Below, piece by piece: positions 36,425 through 45,271 of a stretch of 55,444 bases of DNA. The first letter of the stretch is position 1; each line of letters opens with the position of its first letter. The stretch is from the IMG/VR virus record IMGVR_UViG_3300014848_000022, positions 1-55,444 of that record. One strand, given 5' to 3'. The position numbers and the translations under genes were made by a program. A model generated the notes under the pieces. That model was not told the DNA's origin. It searched no databases and saw only the letters and a list, made by a program, of their open reading frames with translations. The stretch comes from a virus. Taxonomy: Duplodnaviria; Caudoviricetes.

Positions 36425-37806
36425 GAGCGCACCGCCTGATAAACGCCGTAGAAACGGCCCTGTGCAGCCCCTGCGGATCCATTGCGGCGCTTGGGCAGGA
36501 TGAAGTCGATGATCCCCCGGCAGCGGTCCATGCGCGCCTGCCAGTCGTCGTGCTTATCGGGATCGTCGCGGGGCTCGGCCTGCATCACGTAATACTCCTC
36601 GCGGTAGAGGAAGAGGACGGCATCGGCATCCTGCTCGATCTGGCCGCTGTCGCGCAGGTCGGACAGCATGGGACGCTTATCCGGGCGCTGCTCGACCGAG
36701 CGCGAAAGCTGGGCCAGGGCCATGACGGCCACATCGTGTGCCTTGGCGATCTGCTTGAGCATGCGGCTCACCTCGCTGATCGCCTCATAGGCACTAGCCT
36801 TGCGCGATGTCGGGTGCAGGAGCTGAAGATAATCGACGATCACCAGTTCCAGCTTTTGCCCGCGTGCCGCCATTTTGCGCTTGTGCGACCGGACGAGAGC
36901 ATCAAGGCGCCCGACGGTCATCGCCGCAGCATCCACGATGTGTAGCGGGAGGCCGGCGATGTACTTTGCCACGGCATTGACGGTTTCACGCTGCCAGCGG
37001 CTCAGGTTGCGCTTTTGGATCGCCGAGTATGGGACGCGATTGTCGGCGTCGTCGAAGGCCACGTCGGCAAGCATGCGGTGTGCAAGCTGATCGCGGCTCA
37101 TTTCGAGCGAGACGAACAGCACGCCATGGCCAGACCGGGCGGCGCCGAGGGCATAGGACGACGAGAAAGCGGTTTTGCCCATGCCAGGGCGCCCGGCCAC
37201 AATGGTAAGGCTCTTGGGCTCCAGCGGTCCGCACAGCTCATCCACGGCAGGGATGGTGCGGCATTCGACGCCCTCAATTCCACGATCCAGCGCGTTGAGC
37301 GCGGCGATCATGGCCGTTTCGGCGTCTGCCTCGTCAAAGCCTTCGCTGGCGCGCGTGGCGATGGCGGCATCAGCATCAGCAGCGATCTCGACCAGAGGAC
37401 GGTTGGAGTCGGGGAGGGCGGCCATCACCTCCGACAGCGCAGAGTGCATGCGGCGGCGATCCGCAAGGTCGCGCACCTGCTGCGCCAGTTCACGAGGCGC
37501 CAGCAGTCCATGGATATTGGCCGTCAATCGGGCAATGTAGCCCCAGCCTCCAAGCTCTTTCAGGCCTTCGTCGCCATCGAGATAGGGCTTGAGCGACACG
37601 GATGTGAAGGCCCGCCCCTTGGCTTGCTCGATCAGAATGGCCGACCAGATGCGGCCATGCGCTGCGGCAAAAAAATCACCTGCCTCGACAATGGCGCTCA
37701 GGGCATCGACAAGACTGTTCTCCATGAGGCAAGCGCCGAGCACGGCAGCTTCTGCCTCAAGGTTCGCGATGATCGGCGCGCTGTCCACCTCTATGCCCCA
37801 CGTCAT
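36421..37806 (-). CDS. dnaB: DnaB-like replicative helicase
   Basis: AGRPGMGKT, SLEM, IVDYLQL, AQLSR and DLRDSGQIEQDAD. Confidence 0.96.
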   Translation of the reverse strand: MTWGIEVDSAPIIANLEAEAAVLGACLMENSLVDALSAIVEAGDFFAAAHGRIWSAILIEQAKGRAFTSVSLKPYLDGDEGLKELGGWGYIARLTANIHGLLAPRELAQQVRDLADRRRMHSALSEVMAALPDSNRPLVEIAADADAAIATRASEGFDEADAETAMIAALNALDRGIEGVECRTIPAVDELCGPLEPKSLTIVAGRPGMGKTAFSSSYALGAARSGHGVLFVSLEMSRDQLAHRMLADVAFDDADNRVPYSAIQKRNLSRWQRETVNAVAKYIAGLPLHIVDAAAMTVGRLDALVRSHKRKMAARGQKLELVIVDYLQLLHPTSRKASAYEAISEVSRMLKQIAKAHDVAVMALAQLSRSVEQRPDKRPMLSDLRDSGQIEQDADAVLFLYREEYYVMQAEPRDDPDKHDDWQARMDRCRGIIDFILPKRRNGSAGAAQGRFYGVYQAVRS

Positions 37807-37991
37807 TTCGATGTCTCCGGGATGCGCTCGAAGGCGCCGAGGAAAAGATCAAAGGCCTCCTGCCTGGCAGAAACCCATGACGGGTTCTCAGCCAGCTCAG
37901 GCGAGGCCATCTCCATAAGGACCAGAGCCTTGTGCGCGGCGAAGGCGCGGGCCGCCTGCTGCTGGTGGAAGCGGTAGGTGGGGACCATCAC
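37803..37991 (-). CDS. Hypothetical protein
   Basis: 62 aa, coupled at both ends. Confidence 0.55.
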   Translation of the reverse strand: MMVPTYRFHQQQAARAFAAHKALVLMEMASPELAENPSWVSARQEAFDLFLGAFERIPETSK

Positions 37992-38347
37992 GACGCCCCA
38001 CCCCCAATCACGATCTCGATCCGCCCGTGCTTGCAGGGCTCTCCCCAGGCGAAGGACAGGCGGAAACGATTGTCATCGACGCGCATGGCATCGGCGAGGC
38101 CGTCGAGCTGGGGCTTCATCGCGGCAATGGCATTGTCCATGTCGCGGCGGCGCTTGTCGGGGGCGCGGAAGGTGATCTCCAGCGGCACAGGGCCGGTTGC
38201 AGGTGCAGATACCTTGGAGGCCTTGGCCAGATAGAACGCATCCGACCGGGCGTCCTTTGCCACTTGGCGCTGCACACGCCAATGGATGCGCCGAGCGGCG
38301 TTAGGATTGAGGCGCCCATCTGGCCAAGGAAGCGTGAGGCGCATCAC
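37988..38347 (-). CDS. RusA-like Holliday junction resolvase
   Basis: LTLPWP..LNPN and PDKRRRDMDNAIAAMK..LDGLAD...DD. Confidence 0.88.
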   Translation of the reverse strand: MMRLTLPWPDGRLNPNAARRIHWRVQRQVAKDARSDAFYLAKASKVSAPATGPVPLEITFRAPDKRRRDMDNAIAAMKPQLDGLADAMRVDDNRFRLSFAWGEPCKHGRIEIVIGGGAS

Positions 38348-39171
38348 GCAGTGATCCCCTGCGCATCGTCCAGCGCCTTTCGGGCGGCAGCCAGGGCAGT
38401 CTCGACACGAGCAACTCGACTATCGGCTGAAAGGTCGGCCAGCACGCGGCGCACTGCATCCTTGACCTGCCACGATGATGCACTTGCCTTGAGGCCCAAA
38501 AACTCGATCAGAGGCGCAAATGCCGCGGCCATATCATCAGCCTCTCGGCGAGCACTTTTGAGCAATGCATCTGCCTGCTCACGGGTCTGCGCCACAGGGT
38601 CGCGCCCATCTGCCGAGGCTGCGACAAGCAGAGCCAATTCGTGGCCGATTGCCTTTCCGCGCTGGCGCAGGAATGCATTCCGAGCTTGGTTCCGAAGGCT
38701 ATCCTGCTGAAACTTGTCGATCCCCGGATATGGCTCGCACACCGGGTGACAGGTAAGCAGCTTGGCCATGGCCTGGATCGAGCATGGAGTGCCAAGGTGC
38801 ATGGGCCTGCGCTCAGTGCGCCACCCCCGGACAGTGCGGAACATCACCCCGCATTCGGCAGGGATTTCCTCTTTCTTCGCCAACCCATGGGGCATGGCAA
38901 AGGTGACGCTCTGGCAGTGCTCAAGGTACTTTCGCCACTTGCCAGAATTGAGGTCGCTCAGCAGGTCGCTGCGCTGCACCTTGATCTCGTAGGCGGAGAT
39001 TTGCGGTAGATCATACCGATAGCGCGGGAACGCCATGATGTCGGGCCGAGGCCCAGACCATGCGCCGATTGTCGCATTCAGCCAGGTCCAGACCTTCCCG
39101 TCATTGCGGAGTCGCCGCGCCAGATCGGCGGCTAAGGCGTCATGGCCCCATTGATGTGCGGGCGCGGCCAT
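38344..39171 (-). CDS. MmcB-like PD-(D/E)xK endonuclease with C-terminal coiled coil
   Basis: RPDIMA...YEIKVQRSDLLSD...KWRKYLEHC...FAMP. Confidence 0.75.
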   Translation of the reverse strand: MAAPAHQWGHDALAADLARRLRNDGKVWTWLNATIGAWSGPRPDIMAFPRYRYDLPQISAYEIKVQRSDLLSDLNSGKWRKYLEHCQSVTFAMPHGLAKKEEIPAECGVMFRTVRGWRTERRPMHLGTPCSIQAMAKLLTCHPVCEPYPGIDKFQQDSLRNQARNAFLRQRGKAIGHELALLVAASADGRDPVAQTREQADALLKSARREADDMAAAFAPLIEFLGLKASASSWQVKDAVRRVLADLSADSRVARVETALAAARKALDDAQGITA

Positions 39172-39173
39172 GG

Positions 39174-39428
39174 TCAGAACAGCGACCCTTGCGTTTCCAT
39201 GCCCAGCGCGTCGGCATAGGTCGAGAGCAATGCCTCGGCCTCGCGTCGATCGTCGGGCTTCATCTTCCGCAGGCGGACGATGCGGCGCATGATCTTGGGA
39301 TCGTAACCCGCGGCCTTGGCCTCGTTGTAGACATCGCGGATATCGTCGCCGATGCCCTTGCGTTCTTCGCCCAGACGCTCGATGCGCTGGATTAGGAGCA
39401 GCAAGCGATTGTCGGTAGCTTCGGCCAT
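39174..39428 (-). CDS. GapR/DUF2312-family DNA-binding protein
   Basis: IQRIERL.EERKGIGDDIRDVYNEAKAAGYDPKIMRRIVRLRK. Confidence 0.93.
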   Translation of the reverse strand: MAEATDNRLLLLIQRIERLGEERKGIGDDIRDVYNEAKAAGYDPKIMRRIVRLRKMKPDDRREAEALLSTYADALGMETQGSLF

Positions 39429-39429
39429 G

Positions 39430-39630
39430 TCAGGCGTCCTTGTCTTGAAGCGCGACGGGCACGGGCATGCCGATGCGGGCGCAGATTTCGCGGGTGGTGG
39501 CGCGCACACGGGCCTTGCGGGCATCCCGCCCAACCTGACCCAGCGCGCGGGCATGATCGCTGGCGGTGGGCGCCATGGGGGCAGGGATGGGGACAGGCGC
39601 AGCAGGTGCGCGGCGCGAGAACAGGCCCAT
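39430..39630 (-). CDS. Hypothetical protein
   Basis: TGATG-coupled, 66 aa. Confidence 0.5.
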   Translation of the reverse strand: MGLFSRRAPAAPVPIPAPMAPTASDHARALGQVGRDARKARVRATTREICARIGMPVPVALQDKDA

Positions 39631-39818
39631 CACATTTCGACCTTGCGGCCGCGCAGGCGGGGCCATCCCGGTGCCGGGGGCGGCTCATTGCGGAACAGGA
39701 ACCGGGCCCCATGCTGGCGGCAGTAATCGAGGCGCCGGGCGACCAGCTCGTTGGCGCTGGTGATGACCGCATAGCGCTCGCCGTTGCTGGTCGGTGCGAT
39801 GACATCGCGGGCGCTCAT
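39630..39818 (-). CDS. Hypothetical protein
   Basis: Coupled at both ends, 62 aa. Confidence 0.5.
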   Translation of the reverse strand: MSARDVIAPTSNGERYAVITSANELVARRLDYCRQHGARFLFRNEPPPAPGWPRLRGRKVEM

Positions 39819-40270
39819 GCCACCACCTTCGGGCCAGCCTTGCGCAGGATCGCGGCAATCGCGTCTCCGGCATTTTCCAGCTCGCTGCGGTGCTCGACGG
39901 CAAAGGCGGCGTCCAGAACGCCATCGCTTTCCAGCGCGGCGGCAACGGCATGCATCACCTTGGCCATGCGCGTCATGCAGGCGAAATCAGCCTGGGTCTC
40001 GGCAATGATGCCGATGCACAGCCGGTCATAAGGGCCCGTGAAACGAGATCCCCATTCGCGGCGCCCACGGGCCAGCGTGATGGCATCCATCGTGGCCGTG
40101 CCGTCGCAGTATTTGGCGGCCTGATCCTCGCTCTTGCCCAGAACGGCGCCGAGGTCGCCATAGGTCAGGCGATCCTCATGCTTGATCTGGGCGAGCGCCT
40201 CTCCAAGCGCGGCCAGCACGTTGGAAGCGGAAAAGACCGCGCGCGGTCCTGTGGATTGGCGGTGTTGCAT
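39815..40270 (-). CDS. CII-like HTH regulator
   Basis: LTYGDLGAVLGKSEDQAAKYCDG HTH; downstream of cro; SD GGAG. Confidence 0.65.
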   Translation of the reverse strand: MQHRQSTGPRAVFSASNVLAALGEALAQIKHEDRLTYGDLGAVLGKSEDQAAKYCDGTATMDAITLARGRREWGSRFTGPYDRLCIGIIAETQADFACMTRMAKVMHAVAAALESDGVLDAAFAVEHRSELENAGDAIAAILRKAGPKVVA

Positions 40271-40377
40271 TGCGGTAAACCACTCCCATGATGAGCGATT
40301 GCGAAATTGATGGCCGGGGCAGCGGTGTGGATGGCACCTTCCGCCCCGGCACCCGCTGGTGCGACCCGACGGGCTAT

Positions 40378-40515
40378 TCAGTCCTTGCGCTGGGAGAGTT
40401 TGTCCTCGACCAGCATGGCGATGATGCCGACAGCGGAGAGCAGCAGGGCACCGGCAGAGAATGCCAGCGCGGCCCCGGCGCCATGATCGGCAATGGTGGT
40501 GAAGAGCGCGATCAC
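40378..40515 (-). CDS. Small membrane peptide (45 aa, absent from ORF track)
   Basis: GTG start overlapping upstream TGA; MIALFTTIADHGAGAALAFSAGALLLSAVGIIAMLVEDKLSQRKD. Confidence 0.5.
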   Translation of the reverse strand: MIALFTTIADHGAGAALAFSAGALLLSAVGIIAMLVEDKLSQRKD

Positions 40516-40694
40516 GCGGCCCGTTCCACAGGGCGGGCAGGGAAGAGGAAGGCGACTTGCTCCGCCGGAATGGTGGTCCGAATTGAGACGGCGCCCGACC
40601 GGATCATGACGAGAAAATCACCGGTATTGAGCGTTTTGACGTGCAATGATGCATCGTGCGAATCGAACGCACGGAAACCATCTTCAGGAGCCAT
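40512..40694 (-). CDS. Hypothetical protein
   Basis: 60 aa; SD GAGGA upstream; ends ERAA with GTGA coupling. Confidence 0.45.
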   Translation of the reverse strand: MAPEDGFRAFDSHDASLHVKTLNTGDFLVMIRSGAVSIRTTIPAEQVAFLFPARPVERAA

Positions 40695-40696
40695 GG

Positions 40697-41227
40697 ATGT
40701 CTGTCCTCGGCGATTGGTTGAAGGGATTCGAGATGACGACCAGCGACCTTATTGCTGCGATCAGCGCGGCCTTCGGTGGCGGTGGTGCGCTGGGCGCGGC
40801 TATCGGCTCGGTGCTGGCGAGACGCAGGGCGTTGAGAGCGGCGGAACCGATCATCCGCATCGAATGGGACCAGAGCGGCGAGGTCGGGGCGATCTGCTTC
40901 ACCAACAGGATTGCCGAAGACTTGTTCGTCGACAGGATCGATTTCGACGGAGAGATATGGCTGGGCGTTGGCAGTTATCTGCCAAATGGGCAGCCCATCA
41001 AGGAGACCAGGCAGTTTCATGCGGGACCCGCCCTGCCGCGGCACTGGCGCATCGACGCCTCGTCGACGACGAGATTCCCATTTTCCATTCGGCCGTATGT
41101 AGTGGGCCAATCTTCAAGGCTCTCGACGCCGGAAATGGACGGCTGCGAGATGCGGATTACCATCTCTTCCAGCCATGCGACCCTGCGCCACAGGAGGATC
41201 ACGGTGATCGCCAGAAGGACGGTTTGA
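40697..41227 (+). CDS. Membrane-anchored hypothetical protein (antisense moron)
   Basis: N-terminal hydrophobic helix then RRR and a beta-rich domain; SD AGGAG before 40697; alternative start 40733. Confidence 0.55.
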   Translation: MSVLGDWLKGFEMTTSDLIAAISAAFGGGGALGAAIGSVLARRRALRAAEPIIRIEWDQSGEVGAICFTNRIAEDLFVDRIDFDGEIWLGVGSYLPNGQPIKETRQFHAGPALPRHWRIDASSTTRFPFSIRPYVVGQSSRLSTPEMDGCEMRITISSSHATLRHRRITVIARRTV

Positions 41228-41243
41228 CAGGCGAGGAAGGTGA

Positions 41244-41468
41244 TCACGCCGCCCGCTCCGTGGGGGTGGGGCGATCCGAAACAGGGGTGAGGAAGTCAGC
41301 GGGCAGGGCAACGCCGCGTGAACTGGCCACGCCTGCCAACGCAAACCGCCACCGCCACGGAATGGAGCGGCCAGCCAAGCACCAATTCGCAACGGAACCC
41401 GGCGAGGTGTTGAGTGCCTCAGCTACCGCTTTCGCGCCGCCGAGCTCTTTGATCAGTTCCTTGGACAT
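41244..41468 (-). CDS. Cro-like repressor
   Basis: LIKELGGAKAVAEALNTSPGSVANW...IPWRW; divergent from CI-like gene. Confidence 0.88.
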   Translation of the reverse strand: MSKELIKELGGAKAVAEALNTSPGSVANWCLAGRSIPWRWRFALAGVASSRGVALPADFLTPVSDRPTPTERAA

Positions 41469-41477
41469 GCCCCAATG

Positions 41478-41559
41478 TCACAGATTGTGAGTTTCAAGGC
41501 AAGCGTAAATTGTCACAGCCTGTGCGTGGAAGATTGGCCGCATTTACCGCAAAATGTGA
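41478..41559. promoter_or_regulatory. Operator cluster between cro and cI
   Basis: TCACAGATTGTGA 41478-41490, TCACAGCCTGTGC 41513-41525, CCGCAAAATGTGA 41547-41559. Confidence 0.8.
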
Positions 41560-41561
41560 GC

Positions 41562-41891
41562 ATGGATCAGGACGACAAGAATGGCGGCCCCAACTACTTG
41601 CGAGCATGGCGGGAATTTCACCACATGACGCAGGCAGAGCTTGCTGCGAAGGTCGGCACGAATGCCAACATGATCGGCTACCTTGAAGACGGGCAGCGCG
41701 CACTTTCGCTGAAATGGCTGCGCCGCCTAGCCCCGGCGCTCAAGACGCGGCCTTTGTTTCTTGGGGAAATTGACCCCCGAAAGGCCGACTCGTTGACCAT
41801 GGAACTTGCCATGGCGGTAACAGATGATGATCGCCCACAGGTGAATACGATCCTTGAGACATTCGTAAAGAAGAACGGCACCAACGGCTAA
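41562..41891 (+). CDS. CI-like XRE repressor without peptidase domain
   Basis: LRAWREFHHMTQAELAAKVGT...IGYLEDG; 109 aa. Confidence 0.88.
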   Translation: MDQDDKNGGPNYLRAWREFHHMTQAELAAKVGTNANMIGYLEDGQRALSLKWLRRLAPALKTRPLFLGEIDPRKADSLTMELAMAVTDDDRPQVNTILETFVKKNGTNG

Positions 41892-41906
41892 ACACCAGGG
41901 GGCGTT

Positions 41907-42443
41907 ATGGGGCGATGGATGATTGCGGGTATAGCGCTCGCGTTGGTGGGGTGTGGTGACCAAAAGCCAGAAAATACTGCGCAGGAGGTGAGTGTTAATC
42001 GTGGAGCGGCCGAGAGCGGCGGTCGATCTTCCAATCTTCCGGTATCGTCACCCCAGGAGGCTGTGGAGGCATCAGCAGTTGTCTCTGCTTACAGGGGAGA
42101 TTGGGTACCGGTCGACCAAAGCAGTGCTGGCTACACGCTATACGTGGATCGGGCCTCGATTTACCCAATCTCATCCACCCGCAAGCGTGCGGATGTGGGT
42201 TACGCCGACGATTCTGGGCGAACGCTAATTCGGATCGGCTTTCACTGCGATGAAAAAATGGCTGATCGTATGGATGATGGGTTAGGCCAGGTGAGTACTG
42301 ATTTGCCCGACCTAGTCGGTGATCTTCCGCGCGAAGAACCTCATCTTTCCGCGCGGGATTACGTTTGCTTTGGAAAGCGCTCCAAGCCGGAGCGAGATAT
42401 GCCTGCGATCAAAGAAATTCCCGCAGTGGCGGATGGGGGATAG
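41907..42443 (+). CDS. Lipoprotein, immunity-region cargo
   Basis: Lipobox ALVGC; lower GC; directly downstream of cI. Confidence 0.75.
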   Translation: MGRWMIAGIALALVGCGDQKPENTAQEVSVNRGAAESGGRSSNLPVSSPQEAVEASAVVSAYRGDWVPVDQSSAGYTLYVDRASIYPISSTRKRADVGYADDSGRTLIRIGFHCDEKMADRMDDGLGQVSTDLPDLVGDLPREEPHLSARDYVCFGKRSKPERDMPAIKEIPAVADGG

Positions 42444-42446
42444 GCA

Positions 42447-42797
42447 ATGGCTGAGCAGCCAAAGCCCAGCGTTTACCTCGTCCAGTTTGCCTTGGCAGCG
42501 GGAACAGAGGAGCGGGCACGCGAAGGCGTCTATCGGCAGTTCGAGGCCGCCAATGCCGAGTTGTTTGGTGGCGAGCGCAACGTCGCGATGATGGGGGCGG
42601 CCGGCCTGTCGATCGCGATATTTGGAGTTAGCCGTCTGACCGCCCGCGAAATTCGGGACCGCTACGAACGAAAGGCTGCCCTGCGCCCGCACAATGTGCT
42701 GGTGGTCCAGATCGGCAGCGAAGTCGCAGAATACCATTGGAACAATCTCGGTTCATGGCTCAAGCGCCATACCGGAAGTTCAAGCCCGTTGCTCTGA
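42447..42797 (+). CDS. Hypothetical protein, possible ferredoxin-like (Cas2/VapD-like) fold
   Basis: VYLVQF...TAREIRDR...VLVVQIG...SWLKRH pattern. Confidence 0.5.
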   Translation: MAEQPKPSVYLVQFALAAGTEERAREGVYRQFEAANAELFGGERNVAMMGAAGLSIAIFGVSRLTAREIRDRYERKAALRPHNVLVVQIGSEVAEYHWNNLGSWLKRHTGSSSPLL

Positions 42798-43094
42798 TGC
42801 GTCGCCTTCCTTGCGAATTTCCGCCTCGCTGATACTCAGCTCATCAGCGAGGCAGGTGATGTCCGCACCTTCTTCGTGTGGCCAGCTCCAGACGTTGTAG
42901 CGCGCATGGCCAGTGGCTCCGTCGCTGAAAATGCGCTTGACCCGGACTTCAGCAGGCGCTGCCAAGATGATCGAAATCTGCCACATCTTCGTCGCCAGCC
43001 AAGCCAATGGGCCATGCGACAGCCAATGCGGCGGCACATTCTTGTAGATCCAGTATTCGAACCGGCGCCCGCGCGGCACTTTCACCTTGACCAT
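42780..43094 (-). CDS. Hypothetical protein
   Basis: SD GGAGG upstream of ATG 43094. Confidence 0.4.
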   Translation of the reverse strand: MVKVKVPRGRRFEYWIYKNVPPHWLSHGPLAWLATKMWQISIILAAPAEVRVKRIFSDGATGHARYNVWSWPHEEGADITCLADELSISEAEIRKEGDASEQRA

Positions 43095-43171
43095 ACCACC
43101 TCCATCAGGGCGCCATTTGGCGTCCTTTTTTGCATGCGCAATCGATAGGTGAATCGCTTCAGGTCTGGCAA

Positions 43172-43219
43172 TCACAATCTGTGAATTTTTCCGCTTGACC
43201 GAATAATCACAATCTGTGA
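43172..43219 (+). promoter_or_regulatory. Operator pair and early promoter
   Basis: TCACAATCTGTGA at 43172-43184 and 43207-43219 flanking -35 TTGACC (43195-43200). Confidence 0.85.
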
Positions 43220-43260
43220 GCATCTCTCCATAGCCGCACAACGCGGCGTGGAGACCGCAG

Positions 43261-43677
43261 ATGCCCATCGGCACGCACCTCGAAATTCCCGCCTGGCACC
43301 AGACCAGCGCCGCTCAGGCCGTCATCGCCAGCATTGCCCCCACCTCGATGCGCATCATCAAGCGCACGCGCGTTGTGGGGCCCGACTATTTCTCGTGGAC
43401 CTTTCCTGAGGAGCAACGCCGGGCGCTCGAAGCTCTGCGCGATGCCGCCGCGGCGAAGATCGTGGGCTTCACCTTCCGTGAGGCCGAGAACAACGACGAG
43501 CGCCGCGAATTCGTCTCGGTCTGGGGCCAGCTTCCCGATCTCGATGATGCCTTGGCGCCCCGCTTCGGCAACCCCGAGGCACTGGCTGCGGCGTGGTGCT
43601 TCCACGATGTCGATCACCTGAACCGCATCTGGCAGGCCGAATGCGCCCGCGCCGATGCCGCGCGGGAGGCCGCGTGA
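43261..43677 (+). CDS. Hypothetical early protein
   Basis: SD GGAG; first gene of the plus-strand early operon. Confidence 0.65.
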   Translation: MPIGTHLEIPAWHQTSAAQAVIASIAPTSMRIIKRTRVVGPDYFSWTFPEEQRRALEALRDAAAAKIVGFTFREAENNDERREFVSVWGQLPDLDDALAPRFGNPEALAAAWCFHDVDHLNRIWQAECARADAAREAA

Positions 43678-43832
43678 CCATGACCCAGCAGACCACCTAT
43701 GCCGACTTCGACCGCCTGCTGGCCGCCTGCCAGCGCGCCAACGAGGCCGAGCGCGCACAGCTCGCGGCGATGGCCAATATGGCCCGCGCGGCCCGCGCCG
43801 AAATCCGCAAGATTGTGGAGAGCATCCAGTGA
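43674..43832 (+). CDS. Small hypothetical protein
   Basis: GTGA-coupled at both ends. Confidence 0.55.
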   Translation: MTMTQQTTYADFDRLLAACQRANEAERAQLAAMANMARAARAEIRKIVESIQ

Positions 43833-44263
43833 GCGCGCCCGAACCTACCCGCCGCGCCTGCCCGGCCTGCGGAGACAGCACGCGCCTCTATCGCGATGTC
43901 GAGCAGGTCTGGAACCCGGTAACGGGCGAATGGGAATTCGCCGGAACCATGGGCAAGGCAGATTGCTCGACCTGTGACTGGTCCGGCACCGAGGACGAGA
44001 CCGAGGGCCCCCTCTGTCAGGGCTGCGGCAAGCCCGAGGCGGCATGCAGCGCAAATCCCTGCGCGGCGGTTGCTGCGGATCGGGGATATGGAGTTACCGC
44101 ACGAGGTGCGGCCTACGTTTCCCTTTGCGCTTGGGTCGAATGGCATCGCCGCGCGACTACCGACGACGATTGCCAATATCTCAACAGCACTGCCTGGGCA
44201 GACGCCGCCACGCTCGCGAAAGAGACCGCAGCCACCCTTGCTGTGCTCAGCGGGAAGGGCTGA
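43829..44263 (+). CDS. Cys-rich zinc-finger hypothetical protein
   Basis: CPAC, CSTC and CQGC pairs; GTG start. Confidence 0.6.
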   Translation: MSAPEPTRRACPACGDSTRLYRDVEQVWNPVTGEWEFAGTMGKADCSTCDWSGTEDETEGPLCQGCGKPEAACSANPCAAVAADRGYGVTARGAAYVSLCAWVEWHRRATTDDDCQYLNSTAWADAATLAKETAATLAVLSGKG

Positions 44264-44266
44264 GGG

Positions 44267-44455
44267 ATGCACCACCCCATCGCCTTCGCCGCGATCATCG
44301 GCGCCGCTCTCACGCTTCTGGCTGTCGCCATGGCCGCGCCGCGCATCGCCGGAGTCCGTCCCGATCATGCCGTCCTGCGCGCCAGCGTCGGAATTGCCGG
44401 GCTGCTGGTGATCCCCTTTTTCATCCTCGTCGTGGAGGCCGTTTTCAATGTCTGA
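44267..44455 (+). CDS. Small membrane protein
   Basis: Two hydrophobic segments, 62 aa. Confidence 0.55.
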   Translation: MHHPIAFAAIIGAALTLLAVAMAAPRIAGVRPDHAVLRASVGIAGLLVIPFFILVVEAVFNV

Positions 44456-45038
44456 CAACGAACTGATTGTGCCCGCTATCAAAGGCATGAATTCCGATAT
44501 GACCTGCCGCGGCTTCCAGTTCGAGCCCGGGAAGGCCTACGAGCACACCGGTACGGTGCAGGCCTGTGGAAGTGGCTTTCATGCCTGCCCTACTGATCAG
44601 CACCCGCTTTCTGTGTTTGGGTACTACGCCCCGGCAGGTTCTCGCTTTTTCGAAGTCACCGTCAGCGGGAAAACCAGCGTCCAGGGAGACAAGATCGCAG
44701 CAGCTCGGATTACCATTGGTGTTGAGATCACGATCTCCGATCTGGTCAAGCGCGCGTGGGACTGGGTGTGGGCCCGCTGCACGTTGGAAGATGGCAGCAG
44801 CGCGACCGGCACTCAGGGCGCGGCCAGCGCGACCGGCTATCAGGGCGCGGCCAGCGCGACCGGCTATCAGGGCCGCGCCTCCGGAAAGACCGGAAATGCC
44901 CTGTTCGCAGTCGAGCGTGAGCCATATCCATCCTACAAGATCATGTCGGTAGCCTGCGGTATCGTGGGGCAGGACGGCATCGAGCCTGATCGCTGGTACG
45001 CATGTCGCGATGGTAAGCTGGTCGAGGTGGCGGAATGA
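44448..45038 (+). CDS. Conserved phage protein with 9-aa repeats
   Basis: KG..DMTCRGFQFE.G...CGSGFHAC N-terminus, SATGYQGAA repeats, GIEPDRWY C-terminus. Confidence 0.75.
   Translation: MSDNELIVPAIKGMNSDMTCRGFQFEPGKAYEHTGTVQACGSGFHACPTDQHPLSVFGYYAPAGSRFFEVTVSGKTSVQGDKIAAARITIGVEITISDLVKRAWDWVWARCTLEDGSSATGTQGAASATGYQGAASATGYQGRASGKTGNALFAVEREPYPSYKIMSVACGIVGQDGIEPDRWYACRDGKLVEVAE
44798..44873 (+). repeat. 27-bp coding tandem repeat, about 2.8 copies
   Basis: CAGCGCGACCGGC(ACT/TAT)CAGGGCGCGGC units starting 44798, 44825 and 44852. Confidence 0.9.
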
Positions 45039-45271
45039 CCCGCATCCATACCCCGATCCCGTCCATGCGCTCGTGCCGCACCGGCACCGCGCACCCTCCA
45101 CTCTACGCCGTTCCCAGCATGGCAGAGTGGGCCGCCCAACACCATGTGCCGCGCCGCCACTGGCTGGCCCGCATCCTCTCCACGCGCGCCTCGCAGGCCT
45201 CTCCCTGTGCGCTCAACCGCGTCCCAGCCATCGAGGCTGGTCGGGATGCCAACCGGGAGGACCGGTCGTGA
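45035..45271 (+). CDS. Hypothetical protein
   Basis: Coupled at both ends. Confidence 0.4.
   Translation: MTRIHTPIPSMRSCRTGTAHPPLYAVPSMAEWAAQHHVPRRHWLARILSTRASQASPCALNRVPAIEAGRDANREDRS

Noticed and set aside
40313-40350. Hairpin GCCGGGGC...GCCCCGGC upstream of the CII-like gene as a third HNH-type leader
   Set aside because: Similar size, but a different apex (GGTG CCATCCA CACC), no TRACC and no adjacent promoter; more likely an early-operon attenuator.
44798-44873. 27-bp repeats as a CRISPR array
   Set aside because: The units are contiguous with no spacers, are in frame, encode SATGYQGAA, and there are no cas genes.
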